DNA from: an uncultured Clostridia bacterium
GTDB taxonomy: Bacteria > Bacillota > Clostridia > Christensenellales > UBA1242
Length of the DNA stretch: 64,000 bases
Assembly (NCBI GenBank): GCA_934757845.1
Contig: CAKVLQ010000001.1
Span: forward strand, 8,398-72,397
Reading direction: 5' to 3'
Shown here: positions 24,501 to 31,900 of the stretch, piece by piece
How positions within the stretch are numbered: the stretch's first letter is position 1
How the letters are laid out: the number at the start of each line of letters is the position of its first letter
The notes under the pieces: model-generated
Databases searched by the model: none
What the model saw: the letters and a program-made list of their open reading frames with translations, nothing else
Told to the model about the DNA's origin: nothing
Program-made: the position numbers and the translations under genes

Positions 24501-25647
24501 TTATAGCAGTCTAGGTTTTAAAAAATGCAAAGTTTTAGATTCAAATATAAATATAAATTCAAATGATGCAAGTAATGTTGCTAAAGGAAGTTTATGTGGA
24601 AGCATTTCACCTTCAATATTTTCTATAAATAAAGTGGTTATGCAGGATAATATTTATGAAAGACAAGTGGAAATTTTTTCAGCATATATTCCAACAGTTG
24701 CCGAGATTATTTCTTCTGAAACAAATTGGTTTGGTGAAACTATAGAAATTAAAGTCGGCGCTAAAAATCAAAAATTGCGCATTTGTGATGATAAAGGCAA
24801 TGATGGAGATATCTATGTAAGCAAAATTTCTTATGGAGAAGGCGATGGAGCTCAAAGTATATTTGCGGAATTCTTCTATATATATAACAACTTGGGAAAG
24901 GCTGAAACTCAATATAATATTCCACTTGCTGGCTTTGGAACACGTGCAGTTGCAACTAATTATGACAATACAACAGAGTTAACAATTTCGCTTGATAATA
25001 GTTCAAAAAATTCAACCGTATTAACCCTAAAAGCATATATAGAAAACAATGTTAATGGAACGATAATTCCTGAGACTTGGTTTGAAGGAAAGCCAAATGT
25101 TAAACTTAAATTGACTTTATTGGACAATAGTGGCAAAATTTTAAAAGATGATGACGGAAACGAAATTTACTGCTATGCAACTGACGGAACTGAAGTTTAT
25201 ATCTCTGATGGCAAGTCTATTAAAGATTTTGTTAAACTTGCATTGGTGGATATTGACAGCGGAGAAGTGATTGAGAAGTTATCTGGACTTGAAAATCAAA
25301 CCATTACAATTAATGGCGTAAAATTTGTTGGGGATATTAGTTATGCTACTAGTGCAACAGAAGTTATAAATGACGGCAAGGTTGTTGGGCTTAAACTTGT
25401 TGTGACCTATTCAAATCTTTCTTATAATGTTAATTATAATGAAAAGCAGACTCTAAAACAATTTTTCAGTGATAAACATGGTTTTACAATTACGGATAGT
25501 AGTGGAACAGCGTTAGTTGATGGCGATTTAGGAATGACCATTGATGAAAGTTTTAATGATAAAAGATATAAAGCAAACTATTCATTTACAAAAGACGGGA
25601 AAACTTATACGATTAATGGCATAAACTTAATTTTTAATCAACTTTAA
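6541..25647 (+). CDS. Giant surface lipoprotein (6368 aa) with Ig-like domains and many GLUG-type Gly-rich solenoid modules
   Basis: - A 19,107-nt frame with no in-frame stop, and SD aggag upstream.
- Lipoprotein signal MKLKKILTILIFSVLSLTGVFFGC, with the lipobox Cys at residue 24.
- Big_2-like signature (VSVDENGVLTAVSAGITKIRVYAK, about 9314-9380).
- Dozens of GLUG-like repeats, for example NFGGLVAVNTGEIVGN, LGGLVAQNSGTILG, VGGIAGVVES and IGGLCAVNNNKIASS.
- No LPXTG, SLH or choline-binding motif seen. Confidence 0.85.
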   Translation: MKLKKILTILIFSVLSLTGVFFGCKDKYKDFKISVNGESEITLYSGGSQSDDYPKSQTVSINIENAPNNNCRILSYSVSQNNIVTVEELKSSSENVKQYLITALDNISVNRPTTVITFRSLEGNRECSLKVNVEIPIQSLTVSKNYTPYAVNDNKPYYIDISKAFNFMPANTTQRNIEFELVDETLKDYVSVSKEGAITISENYFDQEKVESTFQIKAKSADNEALQSVTLDVNVLRDITFDDITLSYVVDGVKNAFSGKVENDNSEIKSIDELISNGINLASNWDNRRNSEFLVEIKQTFGLTLQQINVGFERFSLTNALIEQMNNGDNRTAKFNIYSTNPGKDEMVLEISYKQVADYSKQIKIPLNVLEYPISLVVNNNVSKISYDIFDFYKTNSKGEEFNVVVEKSGAYDRTFKVGLTPEDFDLIEVYYLDEMLSFEDLTSRTFNSGTRLFIKAKDVTDETKPINIKFYSNILQKDNEGNLVVISENLVKEISLNLIPGIKSLNFDANFDNDKYYLDKDSKVGLEIPFVVNNGVTSLSNYVSLEIVKGANLVDIEKDGNSFVLKGKGICGDVEFYLKSNNGLETSTKKLFVYSGYKKDGEKFELILNSNNIKTVQQQNNNGTVELKYYIGTTFGKNNANFKISNPQKASIYNVVAQSNNEAINVAVLNKDELTFSLVATQNVDEPVTISVIIQVYKDFEEINNSNEIYDDIEINPLFEINTYKPLTSVTFKNGELSDSVSLIDGEALDIDSLDKKMNMLDIESMINLVGDTKNIKVKYNMPNYLIEDEYEAIYDNEGNKIGISNKVVEEHDYHRQKANGVFDKLYFHTAKNHKFVNNQLVFGITIEISDLDGSNEAYLLTLKVVLNLQVEPEEVVIKNENGYIYINNTDLDFAKIDAEVVGKNGKEATNKALSYEIKEGSSVSVDENGVLTAVSAGITKIRVYAKASKYSENGDYSKYADIYAIVADGSKSYPYLLTNENQILDDKYYCLANNIVLNQTITCSIEGLNGKNVYAKYSTALSENSVYNLIFNGTGSVFDKANEADIENLNIVYNQNQITINSDFGLIAKENKGTIKNVNLIINNLQINIEDTSDENFNVGLMFATNSGTIQNCSVASVANETASVVLNSVESETASVDLKGKKKSCNFGGLVAVNTGEIVGNFNFLSNNISGVINLKIVDNMIDNIVDDAAQKHILGGLVAQNSGTILGIKVDANITSTATIVGGLVGKFVSENNENKEYKNLYFSGNIIASNADFVGGIAGVVESKTSFNLVFAEFVDSADYLETSKAVGGLIGGIAENAETDIAFSYSKGFATNAEYNLKGNIVGGLVGETKAVLSLMAVYSDVKLALYNENSVGGAFVGNMNNDIEVENAYSYSTGSQSLIAKRESGKLTLNKVYSTTCSQKEQNGDEFKYFYDKTNYINAISQKYEESGKTDQFVFNDDKYFRYSSLENGGRPYLVYNEADGYKKLMTIVSTNINANLIVKNKVGSSGNYIYGATNDIIVVDDGVLNKAVIYYKNNLEFNISDIININVTPSDAIKDFIISSSNNEVISFVKNAFGQTLKINGKGNCVITISARHNQNIKTYVYFSVIDQIEKFTFEENITISNKSTKQIDYELTQKTTQNGVMFKMTENNDKILVNNMAFTENQIFCFDSRILITGLDVFEKTTSMTVAPFVVVRFGNEVYNFVDETKQKEIKINVVNNATVISSTVNYFAIPENETVRFEVFVDSGSSNQSLEFESLDGETLSEYFEFKVEKQEIDSTKNQTIFEVTVKANNVNLSNDKLFNIKISHKIGENINENIYETLRILLKSSKLKGVELNHYSSTVYYYNNYDFIINKETTPSFVITKGNLGVLSINLYPSFANIRDIEISSSIINGNRVNFSQLALTENNALTVVPHKANLYNGIKLKISKEEIEKNGGNIYVSTLLSSNVLDDTIFTITVSCYYGFGQKYEPVTLDLKAKALTTIILSNPNGSDNYYVPKGATTSFNINAINMDEDFKVDLSNFEFYVGENQLKLTDLKDASGLTYYVDPVGKSLFGFKIENNKLVVFSDLMNARNTALTIKPVYETKINGKTTKNEGVEIVVKVVDFVVNDVFAENSESGILTNFLGNSTMLKADFDADYCLDIFYRNENDVAIEKYSYTNENGEEITVSFDTTKRQLELSNIMLKIKALKEQISKSNYSWNIITKNSTGNLIYNNIKDSTNYSNFVVSVDADGYYNVYGKVISENRMMLKVNLSYENGLVTLKQNADNELTSEFVLNIKSNSSLDNPIPISTSEEFLTKMEDGGNYILLNDITLPASFGGIDAKILSFDGNNKTINIAGFSLSSANQTSLGLFNTIDENAIVKNVTINILPTLFYADEYHYGLNVNAQACENLNFGVLCGTNEGVITNCKIINNNYKLVNNENVYKEIYINVNAVEDSNINVGALVGENNGYITHSSVGDNNSNSRIAIMSKAVIGGLCAVNNNKIASSFVVNIAIYNNSKTKITAGFVATNSNNSQITTSYVQGYADKPNEVKTSLTDGGIFANGYVGGFVATNDGKIKDCYANLQITTNKRSSGFVYDNSNGNVETSISASTASNSTQSFRYFIGNNEENIVLNNQGVKYCYYIAGEDKNGGEGEYDEPANAISSFDDASFYEGFICDGSSSSVWEFNKNSMPKPVDANQKIVSERKLLNAANSKTTEKYEYIYINNDIGSINNPIIVSTTEQFFEALTSENNLYSYYYAGKVQKTQINYKHISVVKDLDLSKIIDKNNNEINTTNEVQKLQDIIFAGNLNGNGMLFENITITAKNDKVKYSSFGLFKQIGVEATYNSRGEIKNSYLDSDNCSVIKNVNFEIDGISATITRNVGTLSGEVINSKLYNINIYSNNNVSVEGNNIVGGVAGRISGNSFVKGVSSNLGVKATFENKTTNYEYNAPQSAKVYANASGIIQDDLNQNVNIVGGLFGVVDIYTTKIENFVQKAGTNSYYVDAKIVRSNDFVETNANIQFTTASGDIRIIGDVVGGMFGYVESGSKIYDARFVLNESNSQNLIANYAVGGICGINKGFITYSTVETGLTRQREIDKLDSYTTSYLFSNSENKAKFVGGLVGILKDGYLSYSYNKANIIATKSQFVGAAVGAFENAKMNYVYANAYLEAQKEVSENGLVTTQKGYAGFVGTITSFENQSFISHAVSILRNKETTADGFDIASMVGYNNADDASIVGEYSNNVNSITGGKEISEAKINGYEYQDYINQSSSTFSGYSSSSDENAHWVRTKDLDTYYRLSYNKKGAIKEIGSEDDLRNLTKNGTYTLTSDIYLTRVWDPISEFNGELSSAKRKDRKDGQSEYYIIYNLTINNKSKNVANDVGFFASLGEKAQINDITFVVGSNYKDPGDGSDPTETDTNWDNGTTRGIKIFNSNSTAHNLGVLSGKANGSTITNFTLKIADSAEDVIYTNLDVVGGVIGDATDVKIISSAGAENGNGVCLDNIKMKRDSNKKVSQNDGKDIYFGGVIGKANGCEIKNVNFNNQVKISNLQNIPNNNTYIGAVCGYSELCDISNVLVANEDKTQITLSHTTDYKSFGELESKIYCAVISGYAKGTSAKNINIEHTNVLIENNYTNLSEIYAGTIFGANNKLNNFPNDIQDVVIKSTTNLTINDSSTDFRNNNGSKINYIGGLCGYSEEGNIKNVNSALNLNFTSAEKTGSTFFGGIVGKNGEIDGGTTVAGSNISNVICKRTLTLRHKSQKVYAGGLCGYNLTTKVKSNNVENSLFIGSLKYFCNNLNFVGGIVGNNGDLKNGNQEDKENYQDCYFIEDLSLTPSRSVEYGTAISYAKFVKMIENKSILTDDFSAYKNDEDIVESAGETIKFVEGSIYNPIEINSKADFIASDEENSLKNGKYYLLNDNLDLTNENTISEINGNIIGNGHEIKVSKGFADKVNSDAILADLIFNLAGTGETYNNKEFVETSFIVAKNNSGVIYNCVVKGNITESSTKIAPVAIENHGFINVVTSLALIIAKGANASDAGVSGFVCENSGVIYNSLAVGTIEVINMGSNYSVYAKIKESNKISGFVLSNKDIITNCASGVTLPLMIKDADETDALNTTFKNSSSGTISNCVVDFYANGNYKEPSPSEGIVYTDNLNVEIVAKFSTNLWQKEVAGVIYGYRYPVLSIFKETSENGEENEFLKKIEEVLNTTETKNNKVYHKVNNFSSLRNVIDLLQNDENIENVNIKLENSFIGSVQKEEVDKQIYDTIYNSTICITKPFTLDGNNCVIYNYSLQNESKDDDAYLGLFWSNVDAKVATSGSNITINRNIIIENLALKNANIKINPIKQTGTDGANDEAIKNIYVGGFVAKASCGVRISGCYIDGKIECSEKTASKYDPDSTIVIGGIAGDLSEGGRIENCVSKLNIEADYLTASMECNEGIVNKSGYIAYVGGIAGNTSYVEINNNYVFGNVSISSVKELKMGGIAGKWANKSGSNNVMLGQVYYKGAYLGYFADSASDDKFFYNVNAIVGECDGTGSGNLYNEGITLTKDNKIASISNVQTIIDKANNITNNSFVSNTNIFEKPVYEILDDTNQLKVLNDNTTYIIPYSGTSNILFNENQKRDLTNTTIIFANPAKVSVTKNIFDTLTNCAISNLTICADNGLTTSALANKIETTKLYNITVENIYFSRTTGTSTQGENSAKDNHLTIGGVVDYAVSSMLFNVKVNKGRIEANFKGETSDAKTLSVGGIVGYGKQTLLSSCENSATITTSFDGITRNDDFIISTAGLMGQSTAGYIFGSTNSGLVYAKNLKDQKIVIQTAGITNTYSSGNVISFCKNSEKIKGVNTYKNQSVKNYVAGISAYDGSIDGSVGDTISYCYNSNNITAISSTTGSTNDVATGIGGASVYYSYFMGGVVSSSKIYTLTCSNAFYSYSLGSGYTAGQKGGSNLSLAGGDYSTSVGTDTILAGISDAEKDQRKEHWFVTISKNNTDLVVLPVADTTRTDDKGNKIPDWADTTLQSNFVRPTIRYFGEEQFKLPENNEEYQISTAFELWYWSKFVCGKENVDKDVALTNDIDMTGYTWQTPAKFDKTFNGNFHTITNLVIEKREDGNSQLWGFVGQNNGTIQSINFENASIKIETESEQIKIETESEQSDFAENVYVSIVAGINNGTIQSILVGQVGESNRTISIYSKTGTLQGGLEQLNLRVGVIAANNSGEGKIQDVEVINLSDSAIYSDIQITKPVTQFRPNNVLVELGGIVGLNEGSIDSAYYLSSVISKLTNSNMYGLTGISDDLAGDGSAQLAGELLYGLYSQAKQHVGQIVGQNNKGTIDNCYSPTGDEFKYIATQNLLSSIAIGKATSIAQGNVDQIKRIANFAKFGLVATIDTIKWIKLAKTAKNALSLGKAAGAGAKAALGPIGWIILCVDVATAASQYFINQASFESSFNHHGIGGMPGDALSISNSDNEIYIKQYWQGFENIEICSAVRSLEKMPYNKSFKNLSSSLVAPKQENGIYYVYNVNELAYALTKLNGATIELMDNIDMTTKVWDEEGENGLKTINKLTIIDNGFKIVYGSNTNFATKFTTAEYSSDLLKQNSKDANEYGKFESVSKNQNQVAMEKFEGVFEKVWKKEFANTHSEAEAESEYKNQGIITTLSSGQKLYKVDYAEQLEVIADAMATYTINKQSLHKGINFSGCTIEIRSDLTMPETMISLNQFIYDKDGTTKAPSFVVSDSNSNTIELDDEQSRYEAFAGTLKGYNHTITINKNQNLIYSSLGTIQDIVIDATKVKTISTSQNLGSLGVMINFGTMKNIKLKTAEKLTFEQKISFADSLETPSEKLIVSSNTNAVTQFGLFSAINDGKIINCSFNNEIINIKYSLDIDWESGLKEAIEDMKKQTDDETYSNLDYYNYTTRQLAWSINAGIISGANIGSINNVNIYKTEMRFILPEDQEIKYNIKNGENDQEITAKTLFMLNVGFISGRNEYSHEMATDKERLDLINIKIIGSKLITKNKFFGAVGLISGYSSLGFKKCKVLDSNININSNDASNVAKGSLCGSISPSIFSINKVVMQDNIYERQVEIFSAYIPTVAEIISSETNWFGETIEIKVGAKNQKLRICDDKGNDGDIYVSKISYGEGDGAQSIFAEFFYIYNNLGKAETQYNIPLAGFGTRAVATNYDNTTELTISLDNSSKNSTVLTLKAYIENNVNGTIIPETWFEGKPNVKLKLTLLDNSGKILKDDDGNEIYCYATDGTEVYISDGKSIKDFVKLALVDIDSGEVIEKLSGLENQTITINGVKFVGDISYATSATEVINDGKVVGLKLVVTYSNLSYNVNYNEKQTLKQFFSDKHGFTITDSSGTALVDGDLGMTIDESFNDKRYKANYSFTKDGKTYTINGINLIFNQL
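9907..9958 (+). repeat. 16-bp direct repeat inside giant gene 1 (gaaacagcaagtgttg x2, 36-nt period)
   Basis: 9907-9922 and 9943-9958 are identical. They encode ETASVV / ETASVD. Confidence 0.85.
21844..21897 (+). repeat. Perfect in-frame 27-bp tandem duplication (2 copies) inside giant gene 1
   Basis: attaagatagaaactgaaagtgaacaa at 21844-21870 is repeated exactly at 21871-21897, giving IKIETESEQ-IKIETESEQ. Confidence 0.95.
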
Positions 25648-25664
25648 AGCAAACAAAAAAAACA

Positions 25665-25706
25665 ATTTGTGCCTTGCAAAAAGAAATTTTATGCAAGGCC
25701 ACAAAT
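25665..25706 (+). terminator. Candidate terminator hairpin after giant gene 1
   Basis: atttgtgccttgca (25665-25678) pairs with tgcaaggccacaaat (25692-25706) with one bulged C. The following T run is weak (ggtttt). Confidence 0.4.
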
Positions 25707-25709
25707 GGT

Positions 25710-25738
25710 TTTAAAAAACTAAAAAAAATTGATATAAT
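25710..25738 (+). promoter_or_regulatory. Extended -10 promoter of giant gene 2
   Basis: TGaTATAAT (TG at 25730-25731, hexamer at 25733-25738) with a weak -35 tttaaa (25710-25715). This leaves a leader of about 185 nt. Confidence 0.4.
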
Positions 25739-25923
25739 ATTAAAAACCATGCAAATGGGCGTAAAACAAACTTACTTTTCTTGTTTTGAAAATTAAAAAT
25801 GTATCAATTAATTACAAATATACTAAACAATAAAACTAAATGAAAAATAAAAAACATTAAAACAAAAATATACAAATTATATGCAAAAAAAGACAAAATT
25901 AGCAAAAACTAATAGGAGAAATT

Positions 25924-28900
25924 ATGAAACTTAAAAAAGTTATTTTATCGGTTTTAATAATATTGCTTGGGCTAACGGGCTCTCTTTTTGGGTGTCAGGT
26001 TAAGCCCCTTGAATTATATACTGTGGTGGATAAACAAGAGGTTTCAAAAATTTCTCTTTATATTTTGTCTTCTAATTTGGGCGAAAGCCAAACTGGACAA
26101 GAACAAGAAGACAATCAAACAAGCGAAGAAGACCAAACAGATGAAAAAACAGACAAAAAAACAATTTTTGTTTGTGCAAAAAACGCAAACGATATGTTTA
26201 ATAAAGGTTTAGATATTAGTTTTAGTGAAGCAAACATTGTGTCTTGCACGCTAAATAAAGCTGAAACCGAAAAAGCCGAAGATGCCTACGCTTTTGACAT
26301 TGTGGCATATAGGGCAAAAAATGTTATAATTACTTTTGAAACAAAAGACAAAAAAACCAAAACTGTTTTGGAAGTTGAAGTTTTGCAAGATTGTGAAAAA
26401 ATTGAAAAAAACATACATAGTGAAAACTTTGTAATTAAGGGTGAAAACAAGCAACTATCAAGCACTATTGTAAATTTTTATCCAACCACTACCACAAACA
26501 AAAATTTGAAGTTTAAATTAAGGCAAGATTATGAGGGCAAAGGAATAACTTTGTCAGAAGACGGATTTTTAAGTTTTGATGAAAATTTTGATGCTAGTTT
26601 AACAGAATTTTATGTTAACATCACTCATGAAAATCATGAAACTGCAGGCGATAATGCTGGAAATTTTGTTGTAGAAGATATTAAATTTGATATTTTAAGC
26701 CCAGTGGAAGACATTGTGGCAATAGATTCTCAAACTGACCCAAATGGCAATTTTGCAAAAATTTCAAGCCTAGAATTTGCAACAAATTTGGAAGGAACAA
26801 ATTTTAATTTTAGAACCATTGCAATTAAAAAACTTCTTAAAGATAACAGCATAGAAAATATTGGTGATAGTTTTAAGATTGAATATTATTTGAAAAATGA
26901 AGCGGAAAAACTTGTTAGCATTGAAGAAGTTGAAAATTTTGAATTAACAATTTCGCAAAATGGACGGGACGGACAAGACACTCTTGTTGTGAAAGTTGTG
27001 AATTTGTTATATCCTTCATACTTTTCAAACGAATATGAAATTAACATTGTTGTAAAAACTTATCCAAACTATATAACAATTAATGGTCAAAAGAACTTTG
27101 ACGAAGTTGCTTTGTATGACAATGGACTTTCAAAAGAACTTGAAATTAAAGTTAGTGAAAGTTACAATACAAACTTTAAAATTTTAAGCATACAAAGCGA
27201 TAAAATTTCGCTTAAATATAAAAACGGAGTTAGCGTTCAATCTACTGACATTATCGAAAGTGGAACTACACTTGTGCTATCTTGTGCTGAATATATTGAT
27301 TTTGGAACTCAAAATGAAATTTCTACGCAATTTCAAATAATCAGCGAGGGGAACGATAACTTAAATGTTTGGATTAAAGTTAGAATAATTAAAAACCTTG
27401 TTGATGCTGAAATTTATGATGCTGATGATAATAATCAAAATGATATTTCTGGCAATGACATTACATTATACAAAACCGATGTTTCTGGAAATAGCACTAT
27501 TAAAAAATATGTTGTGAAATCAACTGGTAATGTTATTATTCCTGATTTTGATATTAATGTTGAAAATCCTAATGTTGTTAAACTTGAATCTATAAATAAA
27601 CAGGAAAAAAGTTTTAGTTTAAAAGCCTTAACAACGGGCGAAAGTTTGATAACTGTTGTGTTTGACAATGGGCTTCAAAAATATTTTAATATCAATGTTT
27701 ATACTGCAATAAAAGATGTTGAGGTTTTGTTTAGCGATTATTCAAAAACATATAATATTGGAAATATAGAACAAACAACTGTCGAAAATAAAACTTTAAC
27801 CAAGTATTCAATAAAGAATGGAACAAACAGCCAACTTTTGTTTGAAGCAAAAGATATTAATGGCAATATTGTTTATGACAAATATGTTATTAGTGCAGAA
27901 TATATATTAACCTATAGTGACAATCAGCAAGAAAATTATATTGCAGTTTCAAGTGCGGATAACAAACTTTATGCACTTAAAACAACGCCAAGCAACGAGT
28001 ATGTTAAGGTTACTTGCAATATAACGGCTTATGTTTATAATGATGGAAATTATGAACTAAAAACAAAGACAAAAGAATTTTTGGTTGAAGTTTATGAACC
28101 AATTAAAAACATTATTTTGAGTGATGAATATATTACTCTTTACACACAAGATTCATTAGGATATGAAGACTATGACAAAGCAACCAAAGAAATAACTTTA
28201 ACAATTTTGCCCGCAAGTGCAACAAAAATTGATTATAAAAATCTTATTGACAAAACTGGAAATGAATATAAAAATATTCGAAAGAACTTTAATGAGGCAA
28301 ATGTTGAATTTACACCACAAATTAATGAAAAAGGTTTAAAATTAACAATTACAGCAACTAAATTTTCTGATAACAGCAATAAACAGACCGAAACAGGAAC
28401 TATTACTTTTAGCATTCAAGAGTTTAATTTTGTTTACACAAAAAGAGTTACGGTTAAAGTAATGAAGGCTCAATCACCAGAAGGAATTTCGGTTGAAAAT
28501 GTGTCACAACAAACAAATAATGAAGGAAAAATTGTTGATTATTTATATTTTAACCTTGGTTATGATAATGAAGGAATTAAGATCAATCCAAAAGTTTATC
28601 CAATTTCTTGTTTAAACACTGATTATATATTTAAAATTGTAAGCGAAAGTGAAAATCAAGATGATATTATTAGTTTTGACAGAAACGAAAACACTGTAAA
28701 ACCATTAAAAGCGGGGAAATGCAAACTTATTTTAATGCCAAAAGGTTCAATAAAAAATCCTGATGAAATTTTAAGTTGGAAAGAGGGAAAGATAAAAGAG
28801 GAAAAGATAATTGAAATTGTTGTTGGTGATGGCGAAAGTGTTCCTTACAGAATTTCATCTAAAAACGAATTGATGAACTTGTGTGAAGAAACTGTTATTA

Positions 28901-31900
28901 ATGAAGATGACGAAAATGATTTTGTTAATAGGCTTAACAAAAATTATGTTTTGACAAATGACATTGATTTAAGTTTTGAAACGGTAGTGCCAATCGGGGT
29001 TTATACTTTAAAAATCAAATCAGGAAACCTTGAAAGAAAAGTTAAAGAATTTACTGGAAGTTTGAACGGAAAATTTGAAATTGGTGGCATTTCAAACAAC
29101 TATTCTATTAATGGAATAAGTTTGAAAATTAATTCTAGTTATAAATCAAGTTTGATAAATAATAATATGTATCTTGGCTTGGTTGCACAAAACAAAGGTA
29201 AAATTTTAAACTTGACACTAAATTATTCAAGTGTTCAAGCAATTGTTTCGAGATATGCAAATCCAGCCAATTATCAAAGTGAAAATCAAAAACTTGCTTT
29301 ATATTTTGGTGGAATTAGTGCACAAAATAATGGATTAATTGAAAATTGTGAAGTTAACTTGAACAATTTTAATATTGAAACATATTTTGGAAACAACTTT
29401 GTTGGCGCAATTGCTGGATTAAATGAAAGCGAAATAAACGAAAAGAGCGAAGTTGTTAATAAAGCACAAATAAAAAATTGTTATGCTCTTGGAAATATGA
29501 ATATTGTTGACGGATATGCAAATATTCTAAACAAAAATTCAGCAGTTAGTATTCTTTTTGGTGGACTTGCCGGTCAAAACGCAGAAAAAAGCGAAATTTT
29601 GGGCGATTTTAAAATTTATAATAACAATAGCGAAATATTTAACAAAAACATAATGAATGTTACACTAAATCTTTCTTCAATAGTTGACGGGAGTTTGGCA
29701 AAACTAGCAAACAATAGTGCTTTTGGGCTTGCTTGCGGACAAAATAACGGAATTATTAAAAATATTTCTTCTTATGGAAAGATTTTTGCAAGTTTAAATG
29801 CTGGCGGAATTTGTGGAATAAACAACGGCACTGTTGGTGGTGAAAAAGAAGACGGCTGTTTTAGTGCAAGTTTGATTTCTGGTGGCATAAATGTTGGCGG
29901 ATTGATTGGACAAAATGGAGAAAACGGCATAACTAAATATAATGCGGTTATGCTTTTGGACGACAACGAGTTTTTGGAAGAAAATTCAAAAACATATAAA
30001 ATTATTGGAAATGAATTTGTTGGCGGATTGATTGGAAAAATCAATGAGAAAAACACAGCAAATAATTTTGAAAACAACTTTGTAAGAAGTTATGTTAAAA
30101 AATATGATAAATATTTTGATATTGGCGTTAAAAAAGATAATTTTGGTCCACTTTGGACAGGAGATAATTTAAAAGATAGTCAAGACTGTGTTATTAATTC
30201 AAACTTTGCCGATAATCTTTTGATTGAATTTGGAGAAAGTCAAAGCAACAAATTGTTTAAAGGCAATATAAAAGGCGATATAGAAAATATTGGCATTGAT
30301 GCACCAGACAAAATTGAAGTTAAAATTAATAACAGCACTTTAACTGGCGAAGAAATGCTTTATTCTTATAACAAATTTATAAAAGCAAATGATAACACTA
30401 TTGTTTTGTATTATTATAAAAATAGTGACTATGCAAAATATAACTATTATTTGCAAAACTTATTATTTAAAATAAGTTATACTAAAAAAAATGGTAATAA
30501 TTATGATGGTATTCCTTTCACAAAAATTGAAAGTTTAACGCCTGACATTTTGACAGTTGATGCAAAAGGAAATTTTGTGGTTAACAAAACAGGTGATGCA
30601 AAACTTTTGATTTATAGTGCATTAAACAAAGACGCAAGCCAAGAAATTGCTATAAAGGTTGTTGATTTGATTGAAAACTTTGGTGTTTTTGAAGACGGAC
30701 TTTTAGACAAAAAAATTGAAACAATTTATGTTGAAAAAGGCACAAGCAAAAATGTTTATTTATCCGAAAGTGTGGTTCAAGAAGATTTGTTTGTTAAATA
30801 TACAATAACTGGAAATAGTGGCAAAGTTATTGAAATTAACACAAATGATAGTGAATACTATTCGGTTTTGAATGGACAAGTGTTTAAAGGTTTTGAAAGA
30901 GGAAATGTTGTTGTTAAAGCCGAATTATTTGTAAAAATTAATGGAAAATATTACAAAATTTTGGGTGAATATTCATTTAATGTTGTGGTTATTGAAGGGT
31001 TGAAAGAATTTTCAACAAGCATTGAAAGAGCAGAACTTGCTTCAACATCATTTGTTAACTTTGAAGCGACTGCTGTTACAGATTTGGCTAGCAACACAAA
31101 TATTGCAGTTAAGCAAAAAGTTGAGTTAGACGAAAAATGGGAAGACGGCGAATATTTGGATTTTGAATTTGAAAAAGTAATTGCGTCTTATGGCTTTAAA
31201 CTTTTGTTTAAAGTAAAACCTTCTTTAAACAAAGAATTATTAAAACAAATTTATGGAAAAACTATTTTGTTTGATATTTATTTGTATGACGATTTGGTTA
31301 GTTTAAAAGATATTGAACAAAATCCTGAAAAATATGATAACTATAAAAAAACAATAGAATTTATTATTAATGAAAATGGCGTTATTAATGCTGAAATGCA
31401 ATATTTTGCTGACGGCGAAGTTGTTAAAAACGAAGATGGTCAAGATGTTATTAACACAAACGAACTTGAAAGCGAATTTATAAAAATTGGCAAAATTGGA
31501 ATTTTGAAAATAAATTTGTATCCAAAAGAAATTTTGGCAAAAGAAAATAGTGTGGTTTTGACTTATCAAAATAGTGATAACTATAATTTGAATTTCCAAC
31601 AAGTTGAAAAAACAAGTGATGGTTATCAAGATGTTAACACATCAAAATTAACCACAAATGGAATTATTCTTGACAATCAATATTTAACTAGCGACCCAAA
31701 TGAACAATATTTGTATGTTAAACTTTTAACTGATAGCCCAATAAAAGAAGACAGCAAGTTTGTGTTAAATTTGAATATTTCGGGTTTTGACTATGAGTTT
31801 GAAAAAGTTTTGACTAGCACACTTGCTTCAAATCTTGAAATTGCTTTTGATGGAGCGGTGCTAAATGCACAAGGCTCGCTTGAAGGAGTTTATGCAAAAG

